A model generated the notes under the pieces. It made no database searches and was not told the DNA's origin. It saw nothing but the letters and a program-made list of their open reading frames with translations. Both the position numbers and the translations under genes were made by a program. From Chrysomallon squamiferum (taxonomy: Eukaryota > Animalia > Mollusca), in NCBI GenBank assembly GCA_012295275.1, contig CM022671.1:13950001-14014000 (forward strand): 64,000 nt of DNA. Direction: 5' to 3'. This document shows, one piece after another, positions 25,881-37,111 of this stretch. Numbering within the stretch: the first letter of the stretch is position 1; every line of letters begins with the position of its first letter.

Positions 25881-26411
25881 TATACACGTCCGCATATACA
25901 TACACAAAATGATAGAGAGAAACAGAGAAAGAATGAGGGTCGGGCAGAGAGATACAAATTCTAATATTTTGTTATTTATTTATTTTTTCATTCTTTCATT
26001 CGTTCATACATTTAGTTATTTACTTATATTACTGTCTTTCAAAAACCTACACAGTTAAATGAATTAAACTTTAAGAAGCATGTGTGTGTGTGTGTGTAAA
26101 TGATTTTCTCTATTATTCGAATGAAAATTCCAGTTCTGACAACATAAATACATTAACAGGTTCCGCCATACCCAAGCGATGCAATGTTGCAGCAAGAATT
26201 GCAAAGGAAGGTAAACTGGGAAGTGTACAAACTGACGCTAAGAAAAGAGCTGCTGTCTGTTTTGCCCCATCGCTGTCATGTTCTTGCTGAAACGCCACCA
26301 GAACTATCACAATCTCACAGTGTCCAGTTTGACGCCAGTACGAATTCAAACAGATCGTACAGTGTCCAGTGTGTGAAAAGTAGTCAATCGACAATTTCTG
26401 GCCGGTGCTAA
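12539..26411 (+). CDS. Cyclic nucleotide-binding domain-containing protein (CNBD2/CRIS-like), ~657 aa, 17 coding exons
   Basis: Exons 12539-12727 (acceptor at 12465, so the start may lie further upstream), 15647-15735, 15875-16013, 16202-16276, 16693-16781, 17200-17273, 18312-18385, 19150-19233, 20456-20526, 21031-21111, 21516-21576, 21698-22024, 22487-22550, 22843-22937, 25329-25403, 25692-25826 and 26160-26411 join in frame (1974 nt). Motifs: KPSEERTDDEIHY; VVKEGKRPECFYFIIYGKV; FGELAIVNGSNRQSSV (phosphate-binding cassette); FLQGWPIE; WIFIVKSGS; LTNGDVFGL; LVSNGSEC; PPYPSDAMLQ...WEVYK. Confidence 0.85.
15781..15840. repeat. (CT)n microsatellite occupying over 40% of a 139-nt intron
   Basis: About 30 perfect TC units between exons 15647-15735 and 15875-16013. 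Confidence 0.95.
19376..19704. mobile_element. non-autonomous hAT (Buster/Charlie-type) MITE, 329 bp
   Basis: Left end CAGAGGTTCTCAGTTTT; reverse complement of the right end CAGAGGTTTTCAAACTTT. The 8-bp flanks GTGTAAAG and GCATAAAG have a central TA and are consistent with a decayed target-site duplication. Confidence 0.75.
20582..20960. repeat. compound trinucleotide microsatellite: (AAT)n grading into degenerate AGT/GGT/AGC/AGA triplets
   Basis: About 32 perfect AAT units followed by a triplet-periodic degenerate tract inside a CNBD intron. Confidence 0.9.
23120..24715 (+). pseudogene. hAT/Buster transposase pseudogene
   Basis: Partial BED-finger tail SRLENHLKVKH, then ASYEISLVIAK..KYHTIEE, PLSNNTVSSRI, DESTVRD (catalytic D), ADGAPVMMG (catalytic D), HCVIHRQNL, VRWLSKG and PSSYLVECGFS..KKRNRL (catalytic E, dimerisation domain). 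Frameshift near 23500, in-frame TAG at 23920-23922, frameshift near 24245; N-terminus deleted. Confidence 0.92.
24854..25080 (+). repeat. 31-bp subterminal tandem repeat of the hAT element (AACTGATATTGTTATATCATACTAAACAATT), ~4.5 copies, interrupted by an 83-bp insert
   Basis: The unit can be read about 3 times over 24854-24950 and about 1.5 times over 25034-25080. Confidence 0.85.
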
Positions 26412-27851
26412 ATGTTGTTTCAAACGTGTAGGAAGCCTGACTATAAACAGCTATAAAATATTGAAAACATGCATTTCTCTATCAGACGTTTCAAAATGAA
26501 TATATTTATTGTTTACCAAAATAGTGACAGCTATTATTCATGTAACAATATTCTTTTTAATAAAAGAAATAATTTATGAAATTATTTTATTTCTAAGAAA
26601 GGTTCCTATTTAAAAGGCTTTTATGTACATGTTTTTAATACAATACTTTGACCATTGTACCTACATTGTATATTTTTATCTGAATAAAATTTACAGGTTT
26701 TTTGTGGTTGTTTTTCTTTTTTAATTGTTGGTGTTAAGGAATGAATTTATATTTTTTTCTCTTTCTGCTTTTAACTGTTGTCTCTAACCCAAAAGAAAAG
26801 TCGGTATTGAGTTTCATCAGGGCTTTTTCTGTTCAAGACATTTTGCAGTTAAAAATGTGTGTAACTAACTGTACTCAAAACATAATGATGCAGTTTATGT
26901 GTGAATGTAGAATTAGCTTAAACTGCAAAGACCATAATTTCATTGTTAATAATAAAAAAGTTTATTTATTTCTTTTTAGTTTGTGTTTAAGAATGAATTT
27001 TACATATTAGATTTTAAAATTAATATTTTATTATATAGTACATATAAAGAATAATTATAATTCTGTGTTAATTTTGGCATTTGGAAATATGGTGAGGAGG
27101 CTGTCATGGAAGGCATATATTTATAGAATCATATCTTTCCTTTTATACACACACAAACACAAATACGCACATATATAGATATACATATATTAAAGTAAGA
27201 ATTGATCATAATTACTGTGACAGTATAAATAGGTAACTGATTTGAAATTAAGTGATTCCTTAAGTAAATTATTTAAATAGTTAAAATATAATACCTTTGC
27301 ATAACTTTATGTCAATTTGTTTTTTACCATTAATAATATTTTATTCATAGTGAAAAAGAAGACAAACAGACAAAATTCATGAGACTAAAAATGTATAGGT
27401 AACTACAGACCTATAACATAATGCTAAATTACACATTTATTTCTCTTGCCAGTATAAATGTAACACTTTTCTCGGGTCCAAGAAACACGCCTAGCACGCG
27501 CATTTTATTAGCTTAATCTGCATCGGTATAATGGCAACACCCTCCAGTTCAGATTGCTCGACATTCTGTAATAATAATTTTGATATGTCTGTTTTAACTT
27601 GTGCCCCAGAGAAACCAGTATCGAGAAACCATCTTGAAATGTTAAGATATGTCATCAGCATGTTGACAAGTTAAAGAGGTAACATCAGAATTTTTAATTT
27701 TAATTTTTAGAATGCTTTAATAAAATATTTAAAGGTTCGGTAACTGTAACATATAAAATAGCAGACATTCAGCATGCTTGTCAAACTCAACATTGTTTTA
27801 AAGAAATGAGTTAATGACCATTACATTTAGAACTTGATACATCTTTGCCTA

Positions 27852-27889
<38 letters not shown>

Positions 27890-27949
27890 TCACTATGGAA
27901 TATACTGTACAATACTGTATAACATAAAATATGAAAGTTAATGTATTAA

Positions 27950-29790
27950 AATACAGAAGTCTCCAAATTATCAGGAAAAAACTTGCTTGAAGGTATATAT
28001 TTTTATACCATTTGTGACAGAACTTGAAAGCTAAAAATATGCTGTCTTTTTATTTTCACATTTATTTCATGTTCTGAAGTACTTTCAATTACTGTATAAA
28101 CATTTGTTTTAAGCAGTTAGTCTTGCTATTTGCAGTATTAGTATGTCTCTATGTAAAGCAATTTAGAATACCCTTTAACTGCTTACATCAGCCCATTGTA
28201 AACTGTATGTTGAGGTCTAAAGTCATATTGGTACAACCAAACAGATCTTTTAAAAAAAATTAATTTACGCATGCATTATAATAAACACATTTGTTATCAA
28301 TTTTAACATTAGAGATAAACCTGCTAGACTTATTATTTTTGTCTTGTCCTCAAGGGACATTTTTCTATAAAGTTTGACCATAAATGTGATAAATGTTTTC
28401 ATTATGGCCTTTGCCTAATTTTACTGTATTAGTTTTATCAGTAGTAACTTTCAGACCAGATATATTAGTAAAATATTCTAATGTTTCCATAAATGCTGTA
28501 AGTTTTATCACACCAATGAAATAGTAATGTGTCATCAGCAAACTGAAATTTTAAATCCATTGCTGTTTATCACAATTCTGTGTATATCTTTGTTATTTCC
28601 TACCAGTATTCCAAGGATCTCAGTACCTAAAATAAAAATATAGGTAGGTAATGGACTCCCTTGCCTAGATCATCTGCCAGTTCTTAATATATTCCTTTGC
28701 CTTATCATTTTTGGGAATACATGTAAATAATCTGAATCTGAAAACTTACCATGTTTATAACCTTCTTATAAAACAATAGCTAATATCAGACCAAAAGATT
28801 TTCATAAATTCAGCATTGTATCCATCTGTTACCAGTGACTTTATAAGTTACTTTTCTCTCTAGTGATTTTTACCTAATATTATTAGGTCTGGCTACTTTA
28901 CAGTTATTAAGTATTCTGTCTAGATCTATATTAATCAAATCATTGTCTTGATTAATGTTTTATAAAAGCCTATTACTTCTTCCTGATTTGTTAATAGGTT
29001 ATTATTTTTGTCTATTAAGACAGTTAAAGCTTTTTGTCACATAATTTCTCTTTTCTAAGCTAGAAAAATATTTGATGGTTTTTCTCTTTGTTCTACCCAA
29101 CAAGCCTGAGACCTAATAAAAACACCTTTCAATTTTTCTTTCCTGTGAACTTCTAGTTGAGATTTTAGATTATGAAGATTTTCATCTAAAGAAGTATCGT
29201 CTCTCCTCTAAGTGGAAAATTCATGTTTTTGATTTTATTCTGACTTTTTTTGGCTGTTCCTACTTTTTCTTGGATGCAAAAGCAATTGTTCGATCATTAA
29301 ATTTTCTAAAAATTATTTCCATTATTAAAATTTCCAAAAATTATTGGTCATTAATATTTAATTTTGTCAAAATGTTTGCTTTTAGATAAAGTATCAAAGT
29401 TGGAAGATATTAATATTGCATATTGTTTTACAGCATCTCTAATAATTTGATTAACCATAAAAACATAGTTTTTATTATACAGAAGGGAATTATTACATTT
29501 CAAAAACCACTCCCTCTTGTAATATTTAAATTGATTTATTATAGTGATCAGTTCTTTAGCCTGTTTTCTTGCAGGTATATATTAAAAAATCTTCATTGAC
29601 TTGTATAAGATTTAGATGACTTTGTATAAATGGTTGGTTTTGCCACCATTTACTATCTGGATGTTGATATTGCTAATATCCACTAAATGATATTTTTCAA
29701 TCAGATATAAATTTTCATTTCTAGCTTTTGGATTGTTTATATAATTTAACAAGACCAAAAGGAAGTCTGTTATGTTTGTAAAATCCAAGT
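27950..29790 (-). mobile_element. L1/Tx1-clade LINE ORF2 relic (APE endonuclease tail plus RT), heavily deleted
   Basis: Minus-strand motifs in canonical order: NYINNPKAR (~29730), RTDH...KCNNSLL (~29540-29485), KGVFIRSQACWVEQREKPS...EKRNY (~29130-29040), KS..TDGYNAEFMKIFW (~28840-28790), CIPKNDK..YIKNW (~28720-28680), RQG.PLPTYIFILGTEIL (~28665-28612), FADDT (~28542-28528) and ISGLKV..DKT (~28465-28430). The 3' boundary is approximate. Confidence 0.85.
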
Positions 29791-29799
29791 GTCCAAACA

Positions 29800-30900
29800 G
29801 AGAAAGCACTGTTGGTGATCTTTCACCTCTTGAAACTTTGAAGGTTATGTTTTTCTCTGCTGCTCTTGGACAGAAGTGGATTAGAAAGCTGAATGTGACG
29901 TTTCCCCACAGTAACATGACCAATGATACTCCATCTGATGAGAAAACATCACTGCAACATTGAACAAGTTCCTCTCCCAGCTCAGTTTTTTCAAATTTTA
30001 TCTCAGATAAGATGTTAGTCTTATCTAAAGGATGAGGTGCTGACTGTTTAGCAGATTGCTTCAAATAAGAAAAGCCACATTTTCAATACTAACTGGTGAA
30101 CTTCACATTATACTTCTCTGGGAGGTATAACTACAGTCTGTGTTGAAAAATCTGAAATTTGTACATACATTTCAGAAGAACAATTACCCTCAAATCTAAA
30201 AACAGTACTGCTAAATAAGATGCATTATGCATTTTAGAGACTGAAGACTTTCTGACAAATTTAGGAAAAACATCTGAAGGTGTTTGTGACGAATGTGATT
30301 CTCAAAGAGATAATGGGAAATCCTCATTCAGCTTTTTCAGAAAGTTTTAAAACTAAATCTTTTAACTCGTTTTTGTGCATGGCAGATGCAGCTATCTTAG
30401 TTGTCGAAAACATCTTCTGAGCAGGACTTGATATTGGAATTCTGCACTTAATCATACTGATGACCAGAATAATCTTTTAAATCTACTTCTGAGTAGTTGA
30501 TCATAATGGTTAAGTTGTGTCTGACTCTGGGATAAAGTTATAGTCAACAGATCTTCTAATCTACATGCCCAGTCCATAGATAGTTCACTGGCTCCCAGAT
30601 GAGCATAATATAACTTTCCATTAGAGTATGATCTGATGACGTGAGACACAGATTCACAACTGAATTTTGAATTATTGAAAAGCTGACTGACTTGGTGATA
30701 TCATATGTCAAAATCTTCACCATTGGCAGTCGGATCACCTGTGAATGTGGGAAGAAGAGGAGGCTTTTCAAGAGTAACAGAAGAAGGAAAGTGAGAAACA
30801 AAGAAAGTTGAGAAAAAAAAGAAGTAAATGTTATTTTCACCAACGGCACCATAACTGCCACACAGAATTCTATCATCACCAATTGCCCACTGTTTGATTT
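29800..30900 (-). mobile_element. Gypsy LTR retrotransposon relic (PNMA-like gag plus pre-RT pol region), heavily deleted
   Basis: Gag-like PLLPTFTGDP..GEDFDI*YHQV...VIRSY..GK (~30760-30610) and DWACRLEDLL...DQLLRSRF (~30577-30480). Pol-like VQISDFSTQTVVIPP (~30165-30120), SDVFS..IGH (~29950-29915) and PSKFQEVKDH (~29843-29815). No LTRs were identified. Confidence 0.7.
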
Positions 30901-32103
30901 CCTCTGGATTTTTGGCTTTGCTTATCAGCTACATTTTTCAATAAGCTGGTCAAAATCTTCTGAGATTCTCTTTTCTGTAGTTGTAGAGCACAAGAAACAA
31001 GTAAAATAGAATGGAAAATAAAGAATGTACATGCACTAAGCTAGACACACTATGTTAAAATAGATGAACTACTCTCCTGAAATAGAATTAACTATTAAGC
31101 ACATAAAAATAACATTCTTTTTTTTTACCTAATAAATGTTATCTGATAATGATTAACTGATAACTGCTACATGACTAACTGGCCAGTTATAAAATACCTA
31201 ATAATTCATAATGCAAAGAAAAAATCCATCTTGTTTCACATACATACACATTTCAGCATTTCAATCCAAAAAAACCCCAAAATAAATAAATAAATAAAAA
31301 GAAATTCCCCAAACTACAAATAATTCAGCTGGCAGAAAGCATTAAAACATAAAGAGCTGATAACATATGAACACAAGAATTAATCTGAGAAATGCTAAAA
31401 ATTAAAAAACAAAAAGAAACAAAAAAAATAAACATTTCACATCAAACAACAAAGAAATAAACTAATTGTCAAATTTTTCTACACACAAATACTTGTGCAG
31501 TTAGTGTCAAACAGAATTGTTGTCTGTTTACTTTTCCTCAAGAACATTCCAGAAAATACCAGTAATAACTGGATGTACATAATGAAGTTGCAGAGTCTTC
31601 AGAATATATTAAAGATTTCAAGTATGAGTTAATAACATCACACTTACCTAGCAGGTCACACACAAATAATGTTGGGAGACGGTACTTAAAATTCATCTTG
31701 CAGTCGTACAGTCTGAAACTGTACATGTACTATGTTGGCTCCACTGGAACACAGGTGGTCACTAATTTTTAAATTGTTTTATTTCTTTATTTCTTTTTTA
31801 ATTTTTTTTCTTTATTATTATTATTATTTTTTATTTTTTTTGTTGTTCTAAGATGTTTATTCAACTCTGTTAGCCTCACTTCTGGATATGATGATCAAGA
31901 CTATTTTAAAACCTATAAATAAACCAAATATATTCTTAAGTATATATGTGATATTAATACTCATTTTTTTATATATATAATTTATATTTACTTCTGCTAA
32001 ATATTCACATGTTCATGTATTCACATTTTCAGTTTGCTTGCTTAAAATAATATAACTGGAAGTGTTCCAAGCAACACTGTGTTTTGTTATGTACATTAAG
32101 GTT

Positions 32104-32146
32104 AAAAAAAAAAAAAAAAAAAAAAAAAATTAAATAAAAAAGAAAA

Positions 32147-32187
<41 letters not shown>

Positions 32188-32247
32188 GAAGAAGAAGAAG
32201 AAGAAGGAGAAGAAGGAGAAGAAGAAGAAGAAGAAGAAGAATAAGAA
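32104..32247. repeat. poly-A plus (AAT)n/(AAG)n compound microsatellite
   Basis: Read directly. Further (AAT/ATT)n runs lie at ~8581-8618, ~21184-21235, ~32385-32432, ~58797-58846 and ~61629-61677. Confidence 0.9.
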
Positions 32248-32381
32248 TAGCACTGTATGCACTATTGTCTTGGTGCAGGACTAGGAACTTTCTTGTATAT
32301 ATATATAGTAATAATAAAGATAAAAAATAATTGTAAAAATGAAAATAAAAATAAAACAGAAATATAAGAAGTACATAATAA

Positions 32382-32434
<53 letters not shown>

Positions 32435-33779
32435 TGATGATGAAATAATTATAATTGATGCTAGTCAACTAGGCAAGCAACCATATCATCAGTTTAGAAT
32501 TATACCCTCCAATAAAGCTGCTGTTCATATGTGGGGATGTGTTTTGATCAGTTGAGCAGTTAGGTTATACACTTTGGCTTTAGTTGCTATCGTTACATCC
32601 ATTCATCTCACAATCTATTTGTCATGACAAAATACAAACATCACACATCCTACAGTTAGACAACTCTTCTGTCTTTTACAGGTCAAGTGCCAAACCAGGT
32701 TTCCCATCAGCTATTCTTGAAAATTTAACCATCATATATCATCTCTTTCTCCATCATCCCAAACCCCAACCCCCCCCCAAAAAAATAGAACTTTACAATC
32801 AGATACTGCAACATTTCAGTGACTTTTCAGTGCTTTACTTGTCATCCAACCCAAATTCCAGTATCCAGTCCAATCATTGCATTGTGTGTGGCTCATGTAT
32901 ACAGTAAATATTTCATAACACGATTGCCTCACAACTATCAGCAAAAGTATAGATACACAACATTCATGGGTTCACTGAACCCAGTAAATCTTTTCTAGTC
33001 AGAAAGGCTGTACAGATTTCAGTGCTCCTGGAACCTTCCTATGATTCTAGGTTACCTGTTACTGAGGCTAATTTGTCACACATCTGGAACTCAATTTCAC
33101 ACATAAAACTTAATAATTATGAATGTAGAATAGAGAAATAATAATTATTGTTTCCTGTTCTATAAAGGTTAGTATTTAATGTTTTTAAAGTAATTGGTTT
33201 ATAAAATAATTAGTGGGGAGTTATGCTAGCAAGATAGGTTAAGATAACAGCTTCCTGCTGGGAGCTTTTGTTAGCTCGAGGAACTAAATGGTCATTTGAT
33301 ATGACCATATATGGCAACTGCTGCCTAGAATTTAAGGAGAAACATTCTCAGAGAACACTTCTTATGTTAGATATGCTGGACAGTCTCTTGTGTCCTGCAA
33401 TTGTAACAAGGATCCGTTTCTCTTCCCTTCCCCAAACTCTATTTCTGTGACAAACAAGCCCGCTGGCCTGTCAGAAAGTGTGCCTGTCATAGACGTGATT
33501 CACAACAGTTCTGATTAGCAGAACATGGATTGCACTCTGGCCCTCGACATGACAAGACCTAAAATGTTAGTGAAGTTTAAACATTTTTGTATTTGGTTAA
33601 TAATGATTTCACTTGTATGTGCTACAGATCAGCAGAGATCAGTAATTAATTCAGGCTTATTTCTTTCATTTTAATAAGAATAATTAAGATATATATATTA
33701 AAGACGATATACCATAATTATATTTTACTGCTCAGTTTTTATTTATTTTGAATATGCTAGTGCACAGTTTATTAAATGT

Positions 33780-35400
33780 CTTGGTGTAACTTTAAGCAAC
33801 TGTACTTACAATTTATAATAATTAACATAAAGTTTTTATATTACTTTTATACAGAGTATTTTCTCAGTAAATTTAGCAGATACAAAATAATTATTTCTGT
33901 TCAGGTGGCAACACTGGTTGCATGGGGCAATTGTTACTGACATCACTACTTACAGTATTGCATATGTTTTATATTTATGTATCACTGGTTAATTTACATA
34001 TGCTGGTATTTGTATCTTTATAATGGTTATTCTTTTCTTTAAATATGAATGTCTCAGTGATATTATATTTATTTCTTCAATATAACCAGAATAAAATTCC
34101 TATATATGGTTCAGTTATTATTAATGTCTTATATATGTGTACAGGATTTTTACAGAGAGTATTATACAATGTAATTAGTTTTAGTTAACATAAGGGGTAG
34201 AAATGATTATAGGCAAATAAATGTATCATATTAGTATTAGTATACCAGGTGTCCAAGTGCCAGAGATTCACTTGGCCTCATAAATATATGCTGCATAAAC
34301 CAGATTCATCTATTATAACCAAGATATAGTATTTACACTATGGCTTTATGATAAAAACATGTATAGTACATAAGACAATTTGTTGAAAATGTAATCATTC
34401 TTACTTCAACACTTACAGACAATGTATATCTCACTAATTCACCATAAACCATAAAGCTTGGTTTTGATTTGTTAACAAATAATAAATATTTAAAAAATGT
34501 TTGAAAATTTCACTTTAATTCTATAACTTGAAGAATGGGGAACTAATATTTACAAAATATTAGTTCCTCCAAGCATGTTGGGAACAAATGTTCATGGATA
34601 ACAACAAATATTCATTCCCCTGGGAGTACAGATATTTGGGGGAACAAATATTATTCTGAAACATTTCCCATTAATATTTTTTTCCAATATGCTATATGCC
34701 ATGCAGAATCAAAGGCTTTTTCCAAATCAATACAATCAGAGAAGATATTTTTCTTCGTTCATTTTAGTAATTTAAATAAAGTATGTAGTACAAAAATGTT
34801 AGCAGTTGTAGAGTAACCTTGTAAAAAACCAGAGTTCCAGTAATTCAACTTGATCACAGAATAGTGTACTATTAATTATAGATATAAAAAATTTCCCTAA
34901 GCCATTTAATAATGTAATAGGTCAGTAATTTATCAGATTAAGCTGGCTACCTTTCTTCTTATATATAGGTACTGTATTTCCTTCCTGACAAGCTGTAGGT
35001 ATTATTCCTGTATGAAATGTAATATTAAATAATTTAATGTAAACAGAATATCACATGCAGAAATAATGTATTCATTAATAATCATATTATTCCCAGACAC
35101 TTTGTTATTCTTCATATTTAATATCTAACTTTGTTTTAATTTTTCTCCTGTAATTGGATTATTAAGTAGAATCCATGTTAGATACAATATCATCAGGTTC
35201 ACGTTCTTTGTCATTATCAATATTGAATATAGATGCTTAAAATAATCACACAGTGACGTTATATCAGTACTGTTAACATTTGAATAGTTTGTTAGTAACT
35301 CTCCTAGAAAACAGTCAGTAATGCATCTAGAAGATTTCAGATTTGAACATTCAGATTCAACAACAGTCAACAGTTTTCTTCTGACCTTTTTTCACTTTAA
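33780..35400 (-). mobile_element. non-LTR retrotransposon (LINE) RT relic, clade not assigned
   Basis: Minus-strand LNNPITGE (~35165-35143), GIIPT...VPIYKKKG....NY*PITLL..LGKFF (~35010-34890), GYSTTANIFVLHTL (~34820-34778), IDLEKAFDS.WH (~34722-34688), and C-terminal KSKPSFMVYGEL.RY.L...EVRMI (~34470-34392). Outer boundaries are approximate. Confidence 0.8.
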
Positions 35401-35755
35401 TTTGTTAAAGTTACCCTACAGGATTTGACCAGATGCTATTCCTGCTTCAGCTTGCTGCCCAGTAAAAGCTTTGTACAGTTAGATCACATCAAGAGGCCAA
35501 AAAACAAGGATGTCGTTTCATTCAAGAAAACATCACAAAGTAATGTCCTCAGTTCTGTGGTTTAGATTTTTCCCCAGTAATTCATTAATTATTTCATTCC
35601 AAGTGAAGGTCACACTTTTCTAATAATTCCAATGCATCAGTTTTGCAAGATACCCATTCTCAGTTGCCAAAAGATCTTGCAGCTGCAATCCACTGCATTC
35701 AACAAACAAAGAACTGTAAGAAATTTTTGAGAAAGTCATTTTTATTTATCTTATG

Positions 35756-35935
35756 GTATATCCTAACCAGGCATGTGCCATGTGAGGTGTGCGAGTGTTC
35801 TTTTTAGAAACCATTGATTTCAGTTGCAGCATCCTAACCAAACACGTACAGCATGTTGGTTTGAGCTAGGAGGCTGCACTTGAAACAATTGTTTCTTAAA
35901 AAATTGCTCTTGTCATTAGCACCCAGTTAGGATAC
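35756..35935. mobile_element. ~180-bp fold-back (MITE-like) element
   Basis: Outer arms GTATATCCTAACCAGG versus reverse complement GTATCCTAACTGGG. Inner arms TTTTTAGAAACCATTGATTTCAGTTGCAGCATCCTAACCAAAC versus reverse complement TTTTTAAGAAACAATTGTTTCAAGTGCAGCCTCCTAGCTCAAAC. Confidence 0.65.
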
Positions 35936-36121
35936 AGCTTTATGGTTAAATTAAATGCGTTCATAACTTTTTGTATTATATATACTATAACTTTTCCTAT
36001 TCTTCTTCATTATATTTTATATGTTATAATAACAATATGTTTAGCAGTTACTAGTACTGATTTCTCTATGTATCATATTTACGCACTATGTATGTATAAT
36101 CTATGACCTTATATTTATTGA

Positions 36122-37111
36122 TGTATAGTTTTAAATCTGAATTTACCACAGGATATCAACATTTTCATTATGAAGACTAATGCTTTCATAATTGGAACTA
36201 AAATATATGATATGTTACATGTGTATAGAGATCTTAATCATTTTATGAAAAGTTTAGCTGCAATTCACAGCGTTAAAGACAGTGGATGTGAATGTGGCAA
36301 ATAGTGTCATATGCATATAATTTGCTATTCATGTGATCTCAAAAAAGATGTATTATTTAAAAAACAATTCCATAAATTGAAAGACGCATCTAAGAAAGTC
36401 AAAGTAATTATTAAAGTGCAGCATTTGATTGATCTTAAAACTCATTTAGTTTATTTGAAAAAGTACACAAATAAACTACAATTATTAGGATCAAATTCCT
36501 TAGATTTGTTAAAAATGTGGAATGATATCTGTAATGAATGTGATGAATGTGATGAAAATGAACGTATTTACTCTTTCACAGACATTGAAAACAGATAAAG
36601 ATGATTCACAAAACTGAATATAGATAGCTGGAAACAAAGCACATCTAGTTACTGTGCAGATGAATTGGAAATAACGGAAGTAATAAACACTGATACATAA
36701 GATCAAACAATAGATGTTTGTGAAAATCAAACATATGGAAATGAGACAATTGATAAAAGTAATCAAACAGATAATATTGACTCAGTGAATTCATTTTTCA
36801 GGAAATGATGAAATGCGTGATTAGATTCTGAGAATACTAAAATTAAAGAAACTGAGTAGAAACTAAAATTGGACGAAAATCTTTGTTTACTGCCTGATTT
36901 GAAAGAAGAATTGTTGCAGCTTTAAGATAAAAATTCTGATAAAGAACTTCAGAAATGGATTCAGAACAATATTTACCTCAGTGATATATAGTGTGTTCCA
37001 ATATTGGAAAAGGAAAATTTGGTGGATTCAAGTACATCAGAGTCAATAAACATTACAAAAGGGTTTTATCAGAATTATTTGATGTGAAATCTATTTGTGG
37101 AAATTTGTGAA
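36122..37111 (+). pseudogene. decayed ORF with HUH-endonuclease (rolling-circle Rep)-like motifs and an acidic, low-complexity C-terminal part
   Basis: One frame is open over 36122-36598 except for TAG at 36302-36304: MKTNAFIIG...LAAIHSVKDSGCECGK*CHMHIICY...VQHLIDLKTHLVYLKK. The same frame continues with stops to ~36808. Further coding-looking sequence ends ...KHYKRVLSELFDVKSICGNL* followed by AATAAA at ~37110. The family call comes from motif pattern only. Confidence 0.4.

Noticed and set aside
27490-27665. CpG-containing ~55-codon minus-strand ORF (MLMTYLNISRW...IKCAC)
   Set aside because: Short, with no recognisable motif and no partner exons found. It cannot be supported as a gene.
30400-30770. 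Domesticated PNMA/Arc-like capsid gene
   Set aside because: It has an in-frame stop and an internal deletion, and is followed by decayed pol sequence. It is a retroelement relic.
32460-33560. Possible additional RT relic (VRQ..C-like stretch) and a GGGTTCA-C-TGAACCC palindrome near 32968
   Set aside because: Too degraded to read ordered motifs, and a 7-bp palindrome alone is not significant.
36302-36304. Programmed read-through of the TAG just before the HMH motif
   Set aside because: Several further stops follow in the same frame, so simple decay is more parsimonious.
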